In this document: in pieces, positions 40,088-52,560 of the stretch
Layout of the letters: each line of letters begins with the position of its first letter
Numbering within the stretch: position 1 is the first letter of the stretch
From: Takakia lepidozioides
Taxonomy: Eukaryota; Plantae; Bryophyta
DNA length: 64,000 nt
Assembly (NCBI GenBank): GCA_030704615.1
Contig: CM060732.1
Coordinates: forward strand, 46,996,001 to 47,060,000
Direction of reading: 5' to 3'
Made by a program: the position numbers and the translations under genes
Notes under the pieces: model-generated
What the model was told of the DNA's origin: nothing
What the model saw: only the letters and a program-made list of their open reading frames with translations
Databases searched by the model: none

Positions 40088-41310
40088 TAGAGTGGCCTGG
40101 TGAATGAAGTTGTCACGTTTGGGATCGAAAACCATCCTCTTCAAAAATATGAAATACAAATGTTTGCAGGGTATGAATTTACCTCTCTTGCCCAAACTGG
40201 TTGATAGCATATTCACAAAATCAGGACATGTGCAATTGGGGAAATTGGAAACCGTGATGTCGTAGGCTCTGTCATGAACAGCAGATGTCGAAGTGATCAT
40301 TGTGTACACCCGACCATATCCGGGATCGGGCACTTCCGTGGTGCTTGCAACACGAGCTTGGAGCATTCTTGCGGGTCCACTTTGCCATAGTGTTCAGCAG
40401 TTGGAGGGAAACGCCGAACGAGCTTTCCATCTCGTTTGGTTGGCCACAAGTGAGGATTTGCCGGAGGTACCCGAGAGGATGCAGAAGTAGTAGCACATGC
40501 ATGCAGTTGGGGTTGTCTCACAAGGGAAAAGCTTGCCTCCTCCAGCATTGCAATCTCCTGACTTGTGAGATGTGTTCCCACCTTGACAGGCCAAACGGTT
40601 GGAGGAGCTGGCTTCATCACCACGGAAGGACGCACAGTTCCATGCACACATCTGCCACAATCATCTGCGCAGAACCAGAACTTGTGGTTCTTGGCTTCTG
40701 GTTGACCGTATGGACGCATCAAACCTGTGAAAGTCGGAGCAGGAGTCTGGGCACCGCCTCTGGATATAGATGAAGTGCACTTCTCAAAATTAGTTGCCCT
40801 GATCGTTGTACATTTCACACTAGACCCTGCACTTGTGCGTTCTATGTGCCAAACGTGGTCCGGGCATGCGGACTCAAGCACATCAAGGGGGTTGTTGCTC
40901 TCCTGCACCATTTCAGTGGCACTGTTTGATGCTGGAGTCTGCCGTCGTGTTGGAGGTTCTTCCAGAATGGAGGTTCTGGACATGGATCTGTCATGCAGAG
41001 GAACACGAGGCTTCAAAGAAGTTATCACGGTCTGCCCTGTGCGAATCGGAATCCGAACCAGGTGGAGTGTTCAATTTCCTCTTACACGAGCCGAATCTCT
41101 CCTCCCCTTCAAGATGTGGAACTCTTGAAACAAATGGCATTCCCTGGGCATACATGCTCATCGCCCGTGCTATCTTGCTTGGATCCCCAGATCTGTTTGC
41201 AGCACGCAACATCAACTCCAATTTGTCCGGACCCTTGCCACCAACCCCACCTCGCAAGAAATCACGGTATCGGGTTTGTTGTTGCAAGGCACGTATCAAA
41301 TCATCTGTAC
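40088..41310 (-). pseudogene. Frameshifted C-terminal remnant of the MULE transposase (SWIM region)
   Basis: TDDLIRALQQQTRYRDF...FWFCADDC...CTCPDF..CKHLYF, near-identical to 61900-63120 but split over three frames. Confidence 0.9.
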
Positions 41311-42150
41311 TGCTTTGTACTCCTCTGTTCATGGTTTTCCACACCAGCAGTTTGTGACTGGTGGTACCGCCATTCACTATGAAGCCATGTTGATTTGCTT
41401 TGTACTCCTCTGTTTATGGTTTTCCACACTTGCGGTTTGTGACTGGTGGTAGTACCGCCATTCACTATGAAGCCATGTTGATTTGCTTTGTACTCCTCTA
41501 TTTATGGTTTTCCACACTTGCGGTTTGTGACTGGTGGTAGTGCCGCCATTCACTATGAGGCCATGTTGATTTGCTTTGTACTCCTCTGTTTATGGTTTTC
41601 CACACCAGCAGTTTGTGACTGGTGGTACCGCCATTCACTATGAAGCCATGTTGATTTGCTTTGTACTCCTCTGTTTATGGTTTTCCACACCAGCAGTTTG
41701 TGACTGGTGGTACCGCCATTCACTATGAAGCCATGTTGATTTGCTTTGTACTCCTCTGTTTATGGTTTTCCACACTAGCAGTTTGTGACTGGTCATACCG
41801 CCATTCACTATGAAGCCATGTTGATTTGCTTTGTACTCCTCTTTTTATGGTTTTCCACACCAGCAGTTTGTGACTGGTGGTACCGCCATTCACTATGAAG
41901 CCATGTTGATTTGCTTTGTACTCCTCTGTTTATGGTTTTCCACACCTGCAGTTTGTGACTGTCGGTACCGCCATTCACTATGAAGCCAGGTTGATTTGCT
42001 TTGTACTCCTCTGTTTATGGTTTTCCACACCAGCAGTTTGTGACTGTCGGTACCGCCATACACTATGAAGCCACGTTGATTTGATTTGTACTCCTCTGTT
42101 TATGGTTTTCCACACCAGCAGTTTGTGACTGGCGGTACGGCCATTCACTG
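41311..42150. repeat. Tandem array, about 10 units of 85-88 bp, each carrying the element palindrome
   Basis: Unit TTGATTTGCTTTGTACTCCTCTGTTTATGGTTTTCCACACCAGCAGTTT-GTGACTGGTGGTACCGCCATTCAC-TATGAAGCCATG. Confidence 0.95.
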
Positions 42151-42894
42151 TTCTTCAGATCGTAGAGTCAGTCTGATTGCCTTTCAAACACTCCTTCTCT
42201 TTCATTCTGTAGCAGGAACATGTGATTGTCGGCATTTGATTCTACTGTAGTGCGATTGTCGTTAACGCCATTCGATTCTCCTCATGAGCTTTATGTACCT
42301 GTGTGCGTGGAGGTAGAGTGATGGTCGGCATATTCAGTTAGTTAGTCTTGCATTGCATTTTCTATGTTTCAGGTTGAACAGATTAGGGAAGTGGAATGGC
42401 AGTACCGCCAATCACTTTTTTGGCGACCATACTGTAGATTTATGTAGAGTATCGATTGGAAAGTACGTTCGAGACAGACAAGAAACAGTGATTGTTTGTG
42501 ACGATCATCACAATGGAGTCTCTCTGACTTATCTGCACTCAATTTCTGCCCTAAACTAGACTGAGTGTCAGTGCCGCCAATCACTTAGACATATATTTCA
42601 TTGCACCAAACCGATCCAGCAGGTCCTTCAAATGCAATGTCAAATGCATTGTCGTTAACGCCGTTCGCTAATGCTCAGAACCTCAGTGTACATGTTTGCC
42701 CGGAAACATAGTGATTGTCCGTACCGACCATCACTATGTAGTCATATTGTTTTGGTTTGCATTCGTCTGGATCAGCTTTGGTTTTGTAGATTGTTGTGAA
42801 TGTCAGTGCCGCCATTCACTGTGATTTGAGAGGAGACAGAGTGATGGTCGGTACGGACGTTCACTATTTGCACATTACTCACTGAAAGATTGGA

Positions 42895-43141
42895 ATGGCA
42901 TCGTGCAGAAAACTATGAAGTCCAAGCAGACAAGAACAGAGGCAAAAGGTTCTGGAGATGGGGACGAGTCAGGCAAGAGCTCTGAGAATAGCGATGAAGC
43001 AGATGAACCTGAAGTGCACTACCTTGACAAGGTGAAAGAACTCATGTCATTCCAGAAGGTAAACTCTCAGGAGGTTATTAGGGACATGCTCGTCTCTAGA
43101 GGGTGTCTGGACATCCCACTATGCCGGATGATATCTATGCC
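42895..43141 (+). pseudogene. Truncated exon 2 of the ParB-MTase cargo gene
   Basis: EVHYLDKVKELMSFQKVNSQEVIRDMLVS..LDIPLCRMISMP matches 57830-58065, then fuses to 3'-UTR-type sequence. Confidence 0.88.
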
Positions 43142-45324
43142 TCGAAATTTATAGTAATAACTTTTTTCGGGGTGTGACTTGCAGGAAAGGCAGCGATGGA
43201 TCTTCAGGAGATACCCCCATTTGTGACGAGTCTGTTTTTGACAGCCCCTTTCCAATTTTCTGCTTCCTGTATATGCCGAAGCAATGGCACTTCATGCGGC
43301 CGAGTCTCTATCCCTTGACTTTTTATTGCCCGGCCGTAGGTGTAGCCAGCGTAGATCCGGAGTTCTTCAATACTTAGACTTAGATGCAGAGGACGCGGGG
43401 ATACATTGTACTGACTCTGAGTCAGACTGAACTTTGTTCTTTTAATGTTCTGTTTCATCCTCTTCGGAAAACATTGAATCCCCTTACTCCACTGTAGTTG
43501 TTCCAGCAGAAAAAAAAGAAAATCAAAGAATCCACTTTCATTAAAATGGCAATATGTATGAATCCATCCGACAAACCCCACTCACTCTTGTCATATCCAT
43601 TGTGCATTCATGTACTGTGCATTCATGCGTGCTCCATTCGTGAATGTTTTCATTTATTAAACATCAAGTATACATTCATCCACTGTACTCTGTAATCCAC
43701 CCCACAAACCTATCACACTCATGTCATATACATTGTGCATTCATCTACAGAATATTCATGCATCCTCCAGTCATGAATGTTCTCCATTATTCAACATCCA
43801 TTATACATTCATCCATTTTACTATTACCCATCCCACATTCATCCATCTACTTTCATTTTTTGCACTCATCCATCTGTTTATCATCCACTCTACATTCATC
43901 CATCCTTCATTCATCTGTTGCTTTCAGGTGGGATTGACCACGTCCTTTTATTATGTCGTCCAGCTTGTTTCCGCGGTGAAGGGTGCTCTTCCGCGGGAAT
44001 ACACTCCACTTCTTCCTTGGCGCGTGGTGACGGGGCCTTCAAGCGCGATGACGTGGAGTGAGCCCCGTGATGTGGCGTTGGCGCAAGGTGACGTGGCGTG
44101 AGCGCAGTTACGTTCAGACGCTCACGCGAGCAGGCTCACGTCGAGGCATCCCTGAGTCAGCAGTGTGTAAAAGCTCCTTATGTAAAAAACTCGAGGGACT
44201 GTGTGTGTGAGTAGAGAAAAAGTGAGAAACCTGTCGCAACGTTGTCCATGTCCCGGGTTGCATCGGACGATCCACGTCCATCCAGTGGCGGAGATGGGAT
44301 GTGGACACGTCGTTTTTTTTCAAAATAAAAACTAGGGTATAAAGTAACCACTACCTTAGTGTCCATAACAACTGCTCATTGCTGACATGGTAGTCAGTGA
44401 GGGGCTATTGTAATCTAGGGACGTCATTTATGTAACACTAGCGAGTTTGGCCGATGGCAACACAGGGGAGGCTACGTTGGGCCACGAACGAGGGGGAGCG
44501 CAATGCAAGTGTTACTTGAGCAAATGAGGAGCTGAGAATGTGAGCCAAACAATGAAGAAGGACGGGAGCACTGCATGTAGAGTAGTGGAGCGTGGAGACT
44601 GCATTGACTTACCCAGGACTGCCCTTCTGTTGCCATTGTAACAACCAGGCTTTGTTCACGGAAGGCTTCGTATGCGAGCATCCCATCCTCTTCTCCTGGG
44701 GTAAGTGACTCCTCTTCTCCCCCACCATTAGCTTCAGCAACGGCTCTTGCCAAATCGCCTCCAGTGTAATCGTCATTCTTGTGTTTTGGGCTGCGTTCAC
44801 TATCTGCCATAGAAGGACTCTCGGCCTTTTGCAAAAATGGGAAGAGAGAGTATAGTACTACACCCTACAATGTCAACATTCACTGCTGATTGATGGCTTA
44901 GGCTGTAGATACAAGCACATGACAACAAATGGGCTGACGCTTGATGCCAAGAAGAGATGCAACGAATGGGCTGGGTTGCTGCTCACCACCTTAAAGATAT
45001 CCAATCTTAAAGCAATATACCTTGTAGCTAGAAGTAGGGTCTGCTAGCTCATTAAATGAGTGGTGAAATCCGCTCCAAATATTACTAGGAAGGTGGTTTG
45101 TAGATGACAATAGTCATGTTTTTTCATTTTCTGCACTGTCACAGTCATACTCACTCTTAGTGTAGTTGTAAAGTAGAATGATGACCTCTGAAACAACCAC
45201 TCACAAAAGTGGTTTTTTACAAGTCTGTGAGTAGTGACAGTATCATGTTGTAAGTCCTTCTTAGGGACTTGGTCTATTAATCCTGATTCTCCCCCTCATA
45301 CCAGGCAAGGAATTCCTTAGCATC

Positions 45325-46028
45325 ATGGAGCCTGACAGAGCGGCTGCCCACCTGCTCCGGTGTCGAGAGCGTGACGATGCTCTTTGGCAACGTGAAGAGG
45401 CCCGGTGTTGAGAGTATGGTATCAACAAGTGCACATGCCCTTGCAGGAAGTGTAAGGGTGGAGGACGACCTGTCGCGTTAGACAGAGTGAGAAAACATCT
45501 GCATTCAGATCCTAGAGAAGAGCAAGGAGGCATGCTTCTGACGATGAATGGGAAGAGGAGGCCATGGAGGTCGGTCAGGACGTAGCTTCAGCAAATGGAG
45601 GGATTAATCGGGATCGTGTTGCCGGAATCGCAGGACAGCCTCACCGGATACATGGACAACTGGACTTGAATGTTGAGGTGCAGCGCATAATCCAAGAGAC
45701 CTTTCAGATCACAGACACACCTGAAATTGCAAATGGGCCAGAAGTGGAGTTAGATGATATAGATGTTCAATGTGACACGAACACACCAGAAGAAGCCCAT
45801 GACCCAGTTGCGGGTGGGGACTCTCGCACTGATGATCCCATCTCATTGGAAGAGGCATGTCTACATTTATATGAAGGCTGTAAATCCTCTAAGCTTGCAG
45901 TCATCTGCTTATAATGAATCTATGCGCATGGGGTTACAAATGGCTTTGCGAGGAAATGTTCTCTTTGCTGGAGAAAACCTTGTTGCCACAACCAAACGTA
46001 CTACCCACATCTTTCTACCATGCAAAGA
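45325..46028 (+). pseudogene. CACTA TnpD-like transposase N-terminus, disrupted
   Basis: CTCPCRKC...VRKHL (transposase-associated Cys motif), LYEGCKSSKL and LLPQPNVLPTSFYHAK. Contains stops and frameshifts and is cut by the Gypsy LTR. Confidence 0.8.
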
Positions 46029-47019
46029 TGTTAGAGGGCTGCTTGGGATTTAGACGCTTTTACGGGTTCTGTGGGGTACCCTTATTTTTTTACACAGACT
46101 AAGACGAACAGGAACCTTAGGGGTGACAGCAGTAGGCTTTAGGGGGGAGGGTTACACAGCCCAACACAACCCGTCACAGCCAGTCACAGCCAACACAGCC
46201 CACCACAACCCGTCACAGCCAGTCACAGCCAACACAGCCCGTCACAGCCGCCACAGCCAGACACAGCCCGCCACAGCTTCGCACAGCCGACACAGCCCGA
46301 CACAACTGACACAGCCAATCACAGCCTGACACAGCCTTACACAGCCAGTCACAGCTCGGCATAGCTTGACACAGCCTGTCACAGTACATAGGGAACAGTT
46401 ATCATTGGCAGGGAACAACTATGATGGAACGACATCTGCAGAAAGAACGTGTTACATTAGGGATGACGGTTAATTAGTTAGCAAGGCGGTTAGAACAGCT
46501 TGTAGGTAGATAAAGCGGAGAGCGGGGACTTCTAGACACGGCTGGGGGGAACACTTCTTGGTCATGGAGGAGAGGAGATCAGGCGGAGAGCAAGAACGAG
46601 AGCACGGAGAAGGAGGAGAGATGTACAGTAGATGTTTATTTCAGGCAGAGCGGTAGTGATACTGTAGGACGGATTAGAGTCACTTGACATTGGCCTAGTA
46701 CCTGATAAATCGTAATCTGATACTTATTCGATACAAGCACACTATGTAGAGAGACATGAGTGAAGCTGTGAAATGAATGCATGATTAACTGGAACTAAGA
46801 AGGTACTGAAGCAATATGATGCTTCAGTATCAGATAAGGTAAATTGATAACATGAAGGTAAGAAGGAATACAAAAGGGAAGCACAATCATGATACACTAG
46901 CTGCAGGTCATGACTGATTATACTGAGCGGGCTGAGTGCTTAGAGATAGATCCAACTCTTCTATCTTGGAGTTTCCACCTCGGATAGCGAAGGGATGGGT
47001 GAGTAAAAGCCGCTCGACA
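46029..47019 (+). repeat. Gypsy 5' LTR (about 990 bp) with an internal ~10-bp ACACAGCC repeat tract (46150-46385)
   Basis: TGT...ACA termini. Starts where the TnpD homology ends and is followed 2 nt later by the PBS. Confidence 0.7.
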
Positions 47020-47021
47020 TT

Positions 47022-47039
47022 TGGCGACCATACTGGGGA
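47022..47039 (+). other. Primer-binding site (TGGCGAC...CTGGGGA, tRNA-Arg-like)
   Basis: TGGCGACCATACTGGGGA directly after the LTR-terminal CA. The tRNA identity is tentative. Confidence 0.65.
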
Positions 47040-47607
47040 ACTGGGTCATGAACAACCAGATGTGACAGGCATCTGGTGGGATCATGGTGGTTGGAGAATT
47101 AAAGAATTTGATGTGAATCAAATTCCCTGTGAAACTGAGAAGGAAAGACTGTCCAAACGATTCTTTCAGAGGTTCTTGGAATTGCCAGACGGTTGTAAAG
47201 AAAACATTCTTAAAAGAGTGCATGATGCTGACCTTGAGTGGGGTCTGGAGAAAGGGGTGATAAAGATTTATCAGGTGGCCTGTAGAGGAAGAGCACGTTG
47301 GTTACCAACACTGGTTTATGTGATAGCATTGCTATCCATTAAGCGAGTAGAGTTTGAAGGCTGGGAGGAAAGGAAGGTGAATGTTTATACTCATATGCAT
47401 GAAGAGCTTGTACTGGTAAAGAATTGGATTCCAAAGGATATTCTGTGGATCAAACTCACACCAAGAACAGCTTTCCAGACTTGTTTGCCATATGGTTATA
47501 TGGTAACAGAGACTTCTAATATAGCCAAGGGTGCATTGAAGCTTGAAAGAAACCCAGGCATATACGAGAGATACTACAGAAGAGAGTTTTGGTTACTGCC
47601 ACATTAA
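47040..47607 (+). CDS. Extra ORF upstream of gag, unknown function
   Basis: About 190 stop-free codons between the PBS and gag, containing FLELPDGCKENILKRV. No clear start codon. Confidence 0.4.
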
Positions 47608-47627
47608 AGAAATGAAAGACATGGGAC

Positions 47628-50600
47628 ATGAGTGATGAAAGAGAAGCTAGACTCCAGAGATATTCAGCAAAAAGAGAAAGTTATCTGAAAGCTAATTATC
47701 CATATCTTTGGGAGAGGAATAGACATAGGGGAATCATCTGGACCTCTCACACCATTAAGATCAGAGAGTACATCACCCATACCGGAAGAACTAGAGTTGG
47801 ATGCCACTCCTTCTTTTTCTTTGCAAGAAAGATTAAGGGAATTGGTACGGGAAGAAGATCAATCACGAGGTGAAAGATCTGAGGTACATCCCTGGATAAA
47901 AGATTTGACAGAAATCTTTGATAAAAGTTGGCATGGAACACCAAAAGCAGGAACTCCAGTTTCTGAAACGGAAGGTGAAGAAAGAGGAGAGGATGTGGCA
48001 GAGCCAATGGAGAGTTCAGACTCTCCAACACCATTGCAGTTGAGTTACATGAGTGAAGAAGAAACCCAAGAGCAGAACTTGGAGGATGAAAATAGAAAGA
48101 AGAAATTGGAAGAGGAAGAGTATGAAGAAGTAGACCCAACAGCTGAGGTTGAGACTACAACCAGGACATCCCAACCCGTTGGACTTGGATCAAGTGGAGC
48201 ACTTGGATCACAGGCCAACGAAGGTGTCGGCTCAGGGGGATCAGGCGGGCAGCCTGGATCTGGCTCTGGGGGGACAGGGAGTGTGGGAAGTAGTGCAACT
48301 GGAGCTGGGAATACTGTGAATATCGTGTCGTGGAATGTGATGATCGCAGGACATGCACAACAGGGGCGGGGATTGCAGGTTTTGGAGAGTGCTCAGGGGC
48401 CACCACTGGGTGGAAGATCCACCACAACTACAACAGGTCCTCAAGGACTAGCACCAGCAAGGGTGCCAGCATCTGTCAGTGGGCAGAGGGTAGGGCCACA
48501 GATGGCGTTACAACCAACACGGGCAAAACCACCTTTTCCAATATATTCAGGAAAAGGGGATCCCGATGTACACATTAGCCAATTTGAGCACATGTGTATA
48601 GTGAACAATGAGAATGGCGATGATGCCAAGATGAGACTGTTTCCTTGTTCCTTTATCAAGAAGGCAAGTGAACGGTATGCAAGATTCCCTGATAATCATT
48701 TCCTAACCTGGAATGGCTTGAATACAGCATTCCGAAATAGGTTCAGGACAAGTAAAACTGAGGATGAAGTGTATGGAAGTTTACAACAGTTAAAGCAAAA
48801 GAAGCATGAAACTGTTGAGGAGTATATGGAAAAGATGGAATTGATGATGAAAAAGCTGGCTGCTGTACCAGCACCAGGTTTACAGAAGACTTGGTTTGTG
48901 AGTGGACTAAGACCAGAGTTGCAAAAGAAAGTGGATATGTTACCCCATAATACAGTGGAGGAGGCATTTGAAACAGCGAACAGAATTGAGCAATTGGGAA
49001 TGCTCAGGAGAGAGAAAAAGGATGATGAGGACTCTGAGGATGAGTCGGATGAGGAAGAAGAGCAAGAGCTGAAAAGGAAGAGTAAGAGAAAGGAGAAGTT
49101 GAAGAGGATAACTATGAAAAAGATTAGAAGAAATCTTGAAGAAGTATGCCACAGAGGCTGCAACACATTGGAGGAAGGGTGTTTGGTGTGCAAAGTGCCA
49201 GAATGAAGGCCATACCACCACTGAATGCCACATGAAGGAGAAACATTGTACTGTCTGTAAGATGGATAACCATTCCACTGAGAATTGTTACTATAACAGA
49301 AGGACAACTGCTAGAGAACCTAGGCAAGTAAGGGTGCATCAAGTGCAGCCCCAGCCAAGAAGAAACAGTGATCAGGACCACTATGGTAGGCCTGGTGGTT
49401 ATAACAATGGCATGGAAGGGAGAGGTAATTCAAGAGGGAATTACCAAGGAAATTCCAGAGGCAATTATCAGGGTAATCCAAGGGGGAATTACCAGCCAGG
49501 GAATCAGGATTACAGAAATAATCCTAGAGCAGACCAAGGGCGAGGACCCAATGGTGAAGAATTGTGTTACTATTGTAATCAGGCAGGACATCGCAAGGCA
49601 GCCTGTTCATTCTGGATTAGACACCAGAATGAGATGAGAGCTCCTGTGAATGAGGGCCCAGTGGTGGCAGCTCACATGGTTAGGCCATGTGTTGTACCAG
49701 AAGTAAGTACAATGATAGTAACGAGAAGCAAAGCCAAACTAATACCTCCAGTAGAAGAGGAAGATGATGATAATGAAGATGGCAGTGATGTGCCTGAAGA
49801 TGATGAGGCTTGGAGAGATGAGAAGGAACTGCACAAGGAAGTGGCAAATACCATAAGGGAAATGCAGAAGAGTACTGATATTCCTATGGCAGATTCCTCT
49901 GATTCTGAAAGAGAAGAAGAAGTGAGTGAGGATGAAAGGAAGAAAGAAGCTGCAGACGTGCAGAGTAATGAAGGGACTTTGGCTGAAGTAATATGCCAGT
50001 CCAAAGCAGAGATTACCATTGGACAGCTATTGGCTGTGGCACCTTATTGTAGACACAGGCTGTATCAAGCAATCAATCGAATTGCCCATGTGACAGGAAA
50101 CACAGACCTGAACAGCAAGGTGACCAGTTATAATGTGAAGCCGGAAGGGCGAGAAATAGTCATGGACTTTGATGATTCTATGCCAGTAATCCAATTGAGA
50201 ATTGGAAGCACAGAACTAACTGATGTACTGATAGATGGAGGCTCTGGAGTGAATATCATGACAGACCAATTAAGGCAGAAGCTTGGTCTAAGTAACATGA
50301 AACCAGCCCCATTTACAGTAACAATGGCAGATCAAAGAAGTGTACAGCCATTGGGATTGATAAGAGGAGTTAAGATACAGATTCAAAAGATGATCTTTAT
50401 GATCACAGTAACTGTGTTAAAAATGGATGAAGTTATGGAAGCTTACTCCTTATTGTTGGGACGTCCGTGGCTGAAACAGGCTAGGGTATTCCATGACTGG
50501 AATTCCCAGTTACTAACTGTGCATAAGGGGATGCACAAAATACAAATTACCACTAAGAAATCTAGTAGATTACCTGCTACGAGAAGACCTCGAGGGGTCA

Positions 50601-52463
50601 GGGAATATGACTGGATGGGAGGACTGGATGAGGAGCAGGAAACTACCCTGTTCGCTGCACACCCAGAGTGGGAGCAGGTTGCAGAGATGCAGCTGGAAGG
50701 CCTAAGTTGTTTAAAAGGTATCTGCTGTGGTGTAGTGACAGCAACACCAATTGAAGGAGAAATAAGCAGTTACCCACCACATTTTTATGAAGAAAGAGAA
50801 GGAGAAATGGAAATCCTAGAGGAACCAGCCACTGTGAGTTTACAGGATGAAGTGGTGACTGGTTGGACAATCACAGCTGATGAGCAGGTGAGAGAAGTGA
50901 ATGTGGGAACTGAAGAGGAACCGAGGATGGTAAAGGTAGGGGCTGATTTGGAGCCAGAATTCTTTGAGGAAGCTAAGAGTTTGTTCATCAAATACAGAGA
51001 TGTATTTGCTTGGAGCTACAAGGATCTAAAAGGGATACCACCTGAGATCTGTCAGCATAAGATTGAACTGGAACCAGGGTCAGTACCAATCAAACAGGCA
51101 AGGTACAGAATGAATCCCAACTATGCATAGAAGGTTGGAGAAGAGATCAAGAAGTTGGCTGAGGCTAAGTTTATATACCCAATAGAGTATACAACTTGGT
51201 TGTCACCCATTGTGATAGTTCCCAAGAAGAATGGTAAACTGAGAGTTTGTGTGAACTATAAGAAGTTGAATGCTTGCACGAAGAAAGATCCATTCCCCTT
51301 GCCATTCACAGAAGCAGTATTGGACACTGTGGCAGGCCATGAGATGTACTTATTCATGGATGGTTTCAGTGGTTATAATCAAGTGCAAGTGGCAGAAGAA
51401 GACCAGGGAAAGATGGCTTTCATCACGGACTGGGGTGCTTATGCATACAAAGTCATGCCTTTTGGACTTTATAATGCACCAGCAACCTTTCAGAGAGTGA
51501 TGAGTGAATCTTTTCATGAGTATCTGGATGATTTCATGCAGGTGTTCTTGGATGATTTCAGTGTGTATAGCTCAAAGAATGAGCACTTGCATAAATTGGA
51601 GTTATGTTTGGCTAGATGCAGGATGAGAGGTCTGGGCCTGAATCCAGAGAAGTGTACTTTCTGTGTGAACTCAGGGGTGCTTTGGGACACATTGTGTGTA
51701 AGAGGGGACTTCTTGTGGAACCCAGGAAGACAGAGGCCATTAAAGCCTCTCCACCACCAGTAAATGTTAAGAGTCTAAGGAGATTCCTTGGACAAACCAG
51801 TTATTACAGAAGATTTGTCAAGAGGTATGCACAGATAGCAGCACCATTGAGCAAGCTTCTGAAGAAAGATGTAGTGTTTGCATGGACAACTGAATGTCAA
51901 CAAGCTTTTGAGGAACTTACATTGTCAGTAACAACTACACCTGTGCTGATTAACCCTCACTGACATGTAGTATTTCATGTTCACTGCGATGCATCAGGAG
52001 AAGCGTTGGGAGCGGTGTTAGCCCAAAATGTTACAGGAAATATAGATTCACCGGTGTACTATGCTAGCAGGTTGATGAACAGTGCTGAAAGGAACTATAG
52101 CACAACTGAAAGAGAAGCACTGGCAATGATTTATGCAGTCAAGAAATTCAGGCATTACCTATTGGGAAGAAAGTTTATGTTTTATGTGAATCACCAGGCT
52201 CTGATATATCTGGTGAACAAACCTTTGATAAGTGGAAGGATAGCAAGGTGGTTAATAATCTTGCACGAGTTTGAGTTCGAAGTTGTTTACAAGCCTGGCC
52301 GTTTGCATCTTGTGGCAGATCATTTGTCACGCCTAACAACAGGAGAGCCCGCCACAGGAGTAGACGATCAATTGCCTGATGCGAGTTTATTTGCAATGGA
52401 GGTGCAAGGAAGTGCAGATGAATGGTTAGATTGGCAGTGGCCAATCAGATACTATCTTACTCA
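47628..52463 (+). pseudogene. Gypsy gag-pol pseudogene (gag, three CCHC knuckles, protease, RT, RNase H)
   Basis: YSGKGDPDVHISQF, LKQKKHETVEEY, three CX2CX4HX4C, VLIDGGSGVN, MDGFSGYNQ, MPFGL, FLDDF, YSTTEREAL and ADHLSR. Frameshifts near 49130 and 51680, stops at 51128 and 51961. Confidence 0.93.
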
Positions 52464-52560
52464 CAGGGATGCCTCGGCGTGAGCTTGGTCACGTGAGCGC
52501 GTGAGCGCGACTGCGCTCACGCCACGTCACCTTGCGCAAATGCCACGTCACGGGGCTCAG
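52464..52560 (+). repeat. Left imperfect TIR and subterminal motifs (GTGAGCG, GCTCACGCCACGTCA)
   Basis: Inverted match to 63690-63793. Also conserved at 44060-44154. Confidence 0.8.

Larger units (their letters stand above)
39125..44154 (-). mobile_element. Non-autonomous deletion derivative of the 52464-63793 Mutator-like element, with an inverted right end
   Basis: Collinear reverse-strand homology to 52464-~53455, ~57830-~58480 and ~61900-63793. Terminus GGCATCCCTG at 44154 is followed by AGTCAGCAG. The other terminus, GCGTCGTTG at 39362, is followed by the reverse complement CTGCTGACT. Confidence 0.9.
32700..46028. mobile_element. Decayed CACTA/En-Spm element with divergent TnpA-like (-) and TnpD-like (+) genes; termini not identified
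   Basis: Ptta/En-Spm-type motifs on the minus strand and a TnpD N-terminus on the plus strand. Interrupted by a MULE derivative and by a Gypsy. Confidence 0.7.

Noticed and set aside
41311-42150. CRISPR-like array (palindromic repeat at regular spacing)
   Set aside because: The sequences between palindromes are near-identical rather than unique spacers, there are no cas genes, and the context is eukaryotic. It is a tandem repeat.
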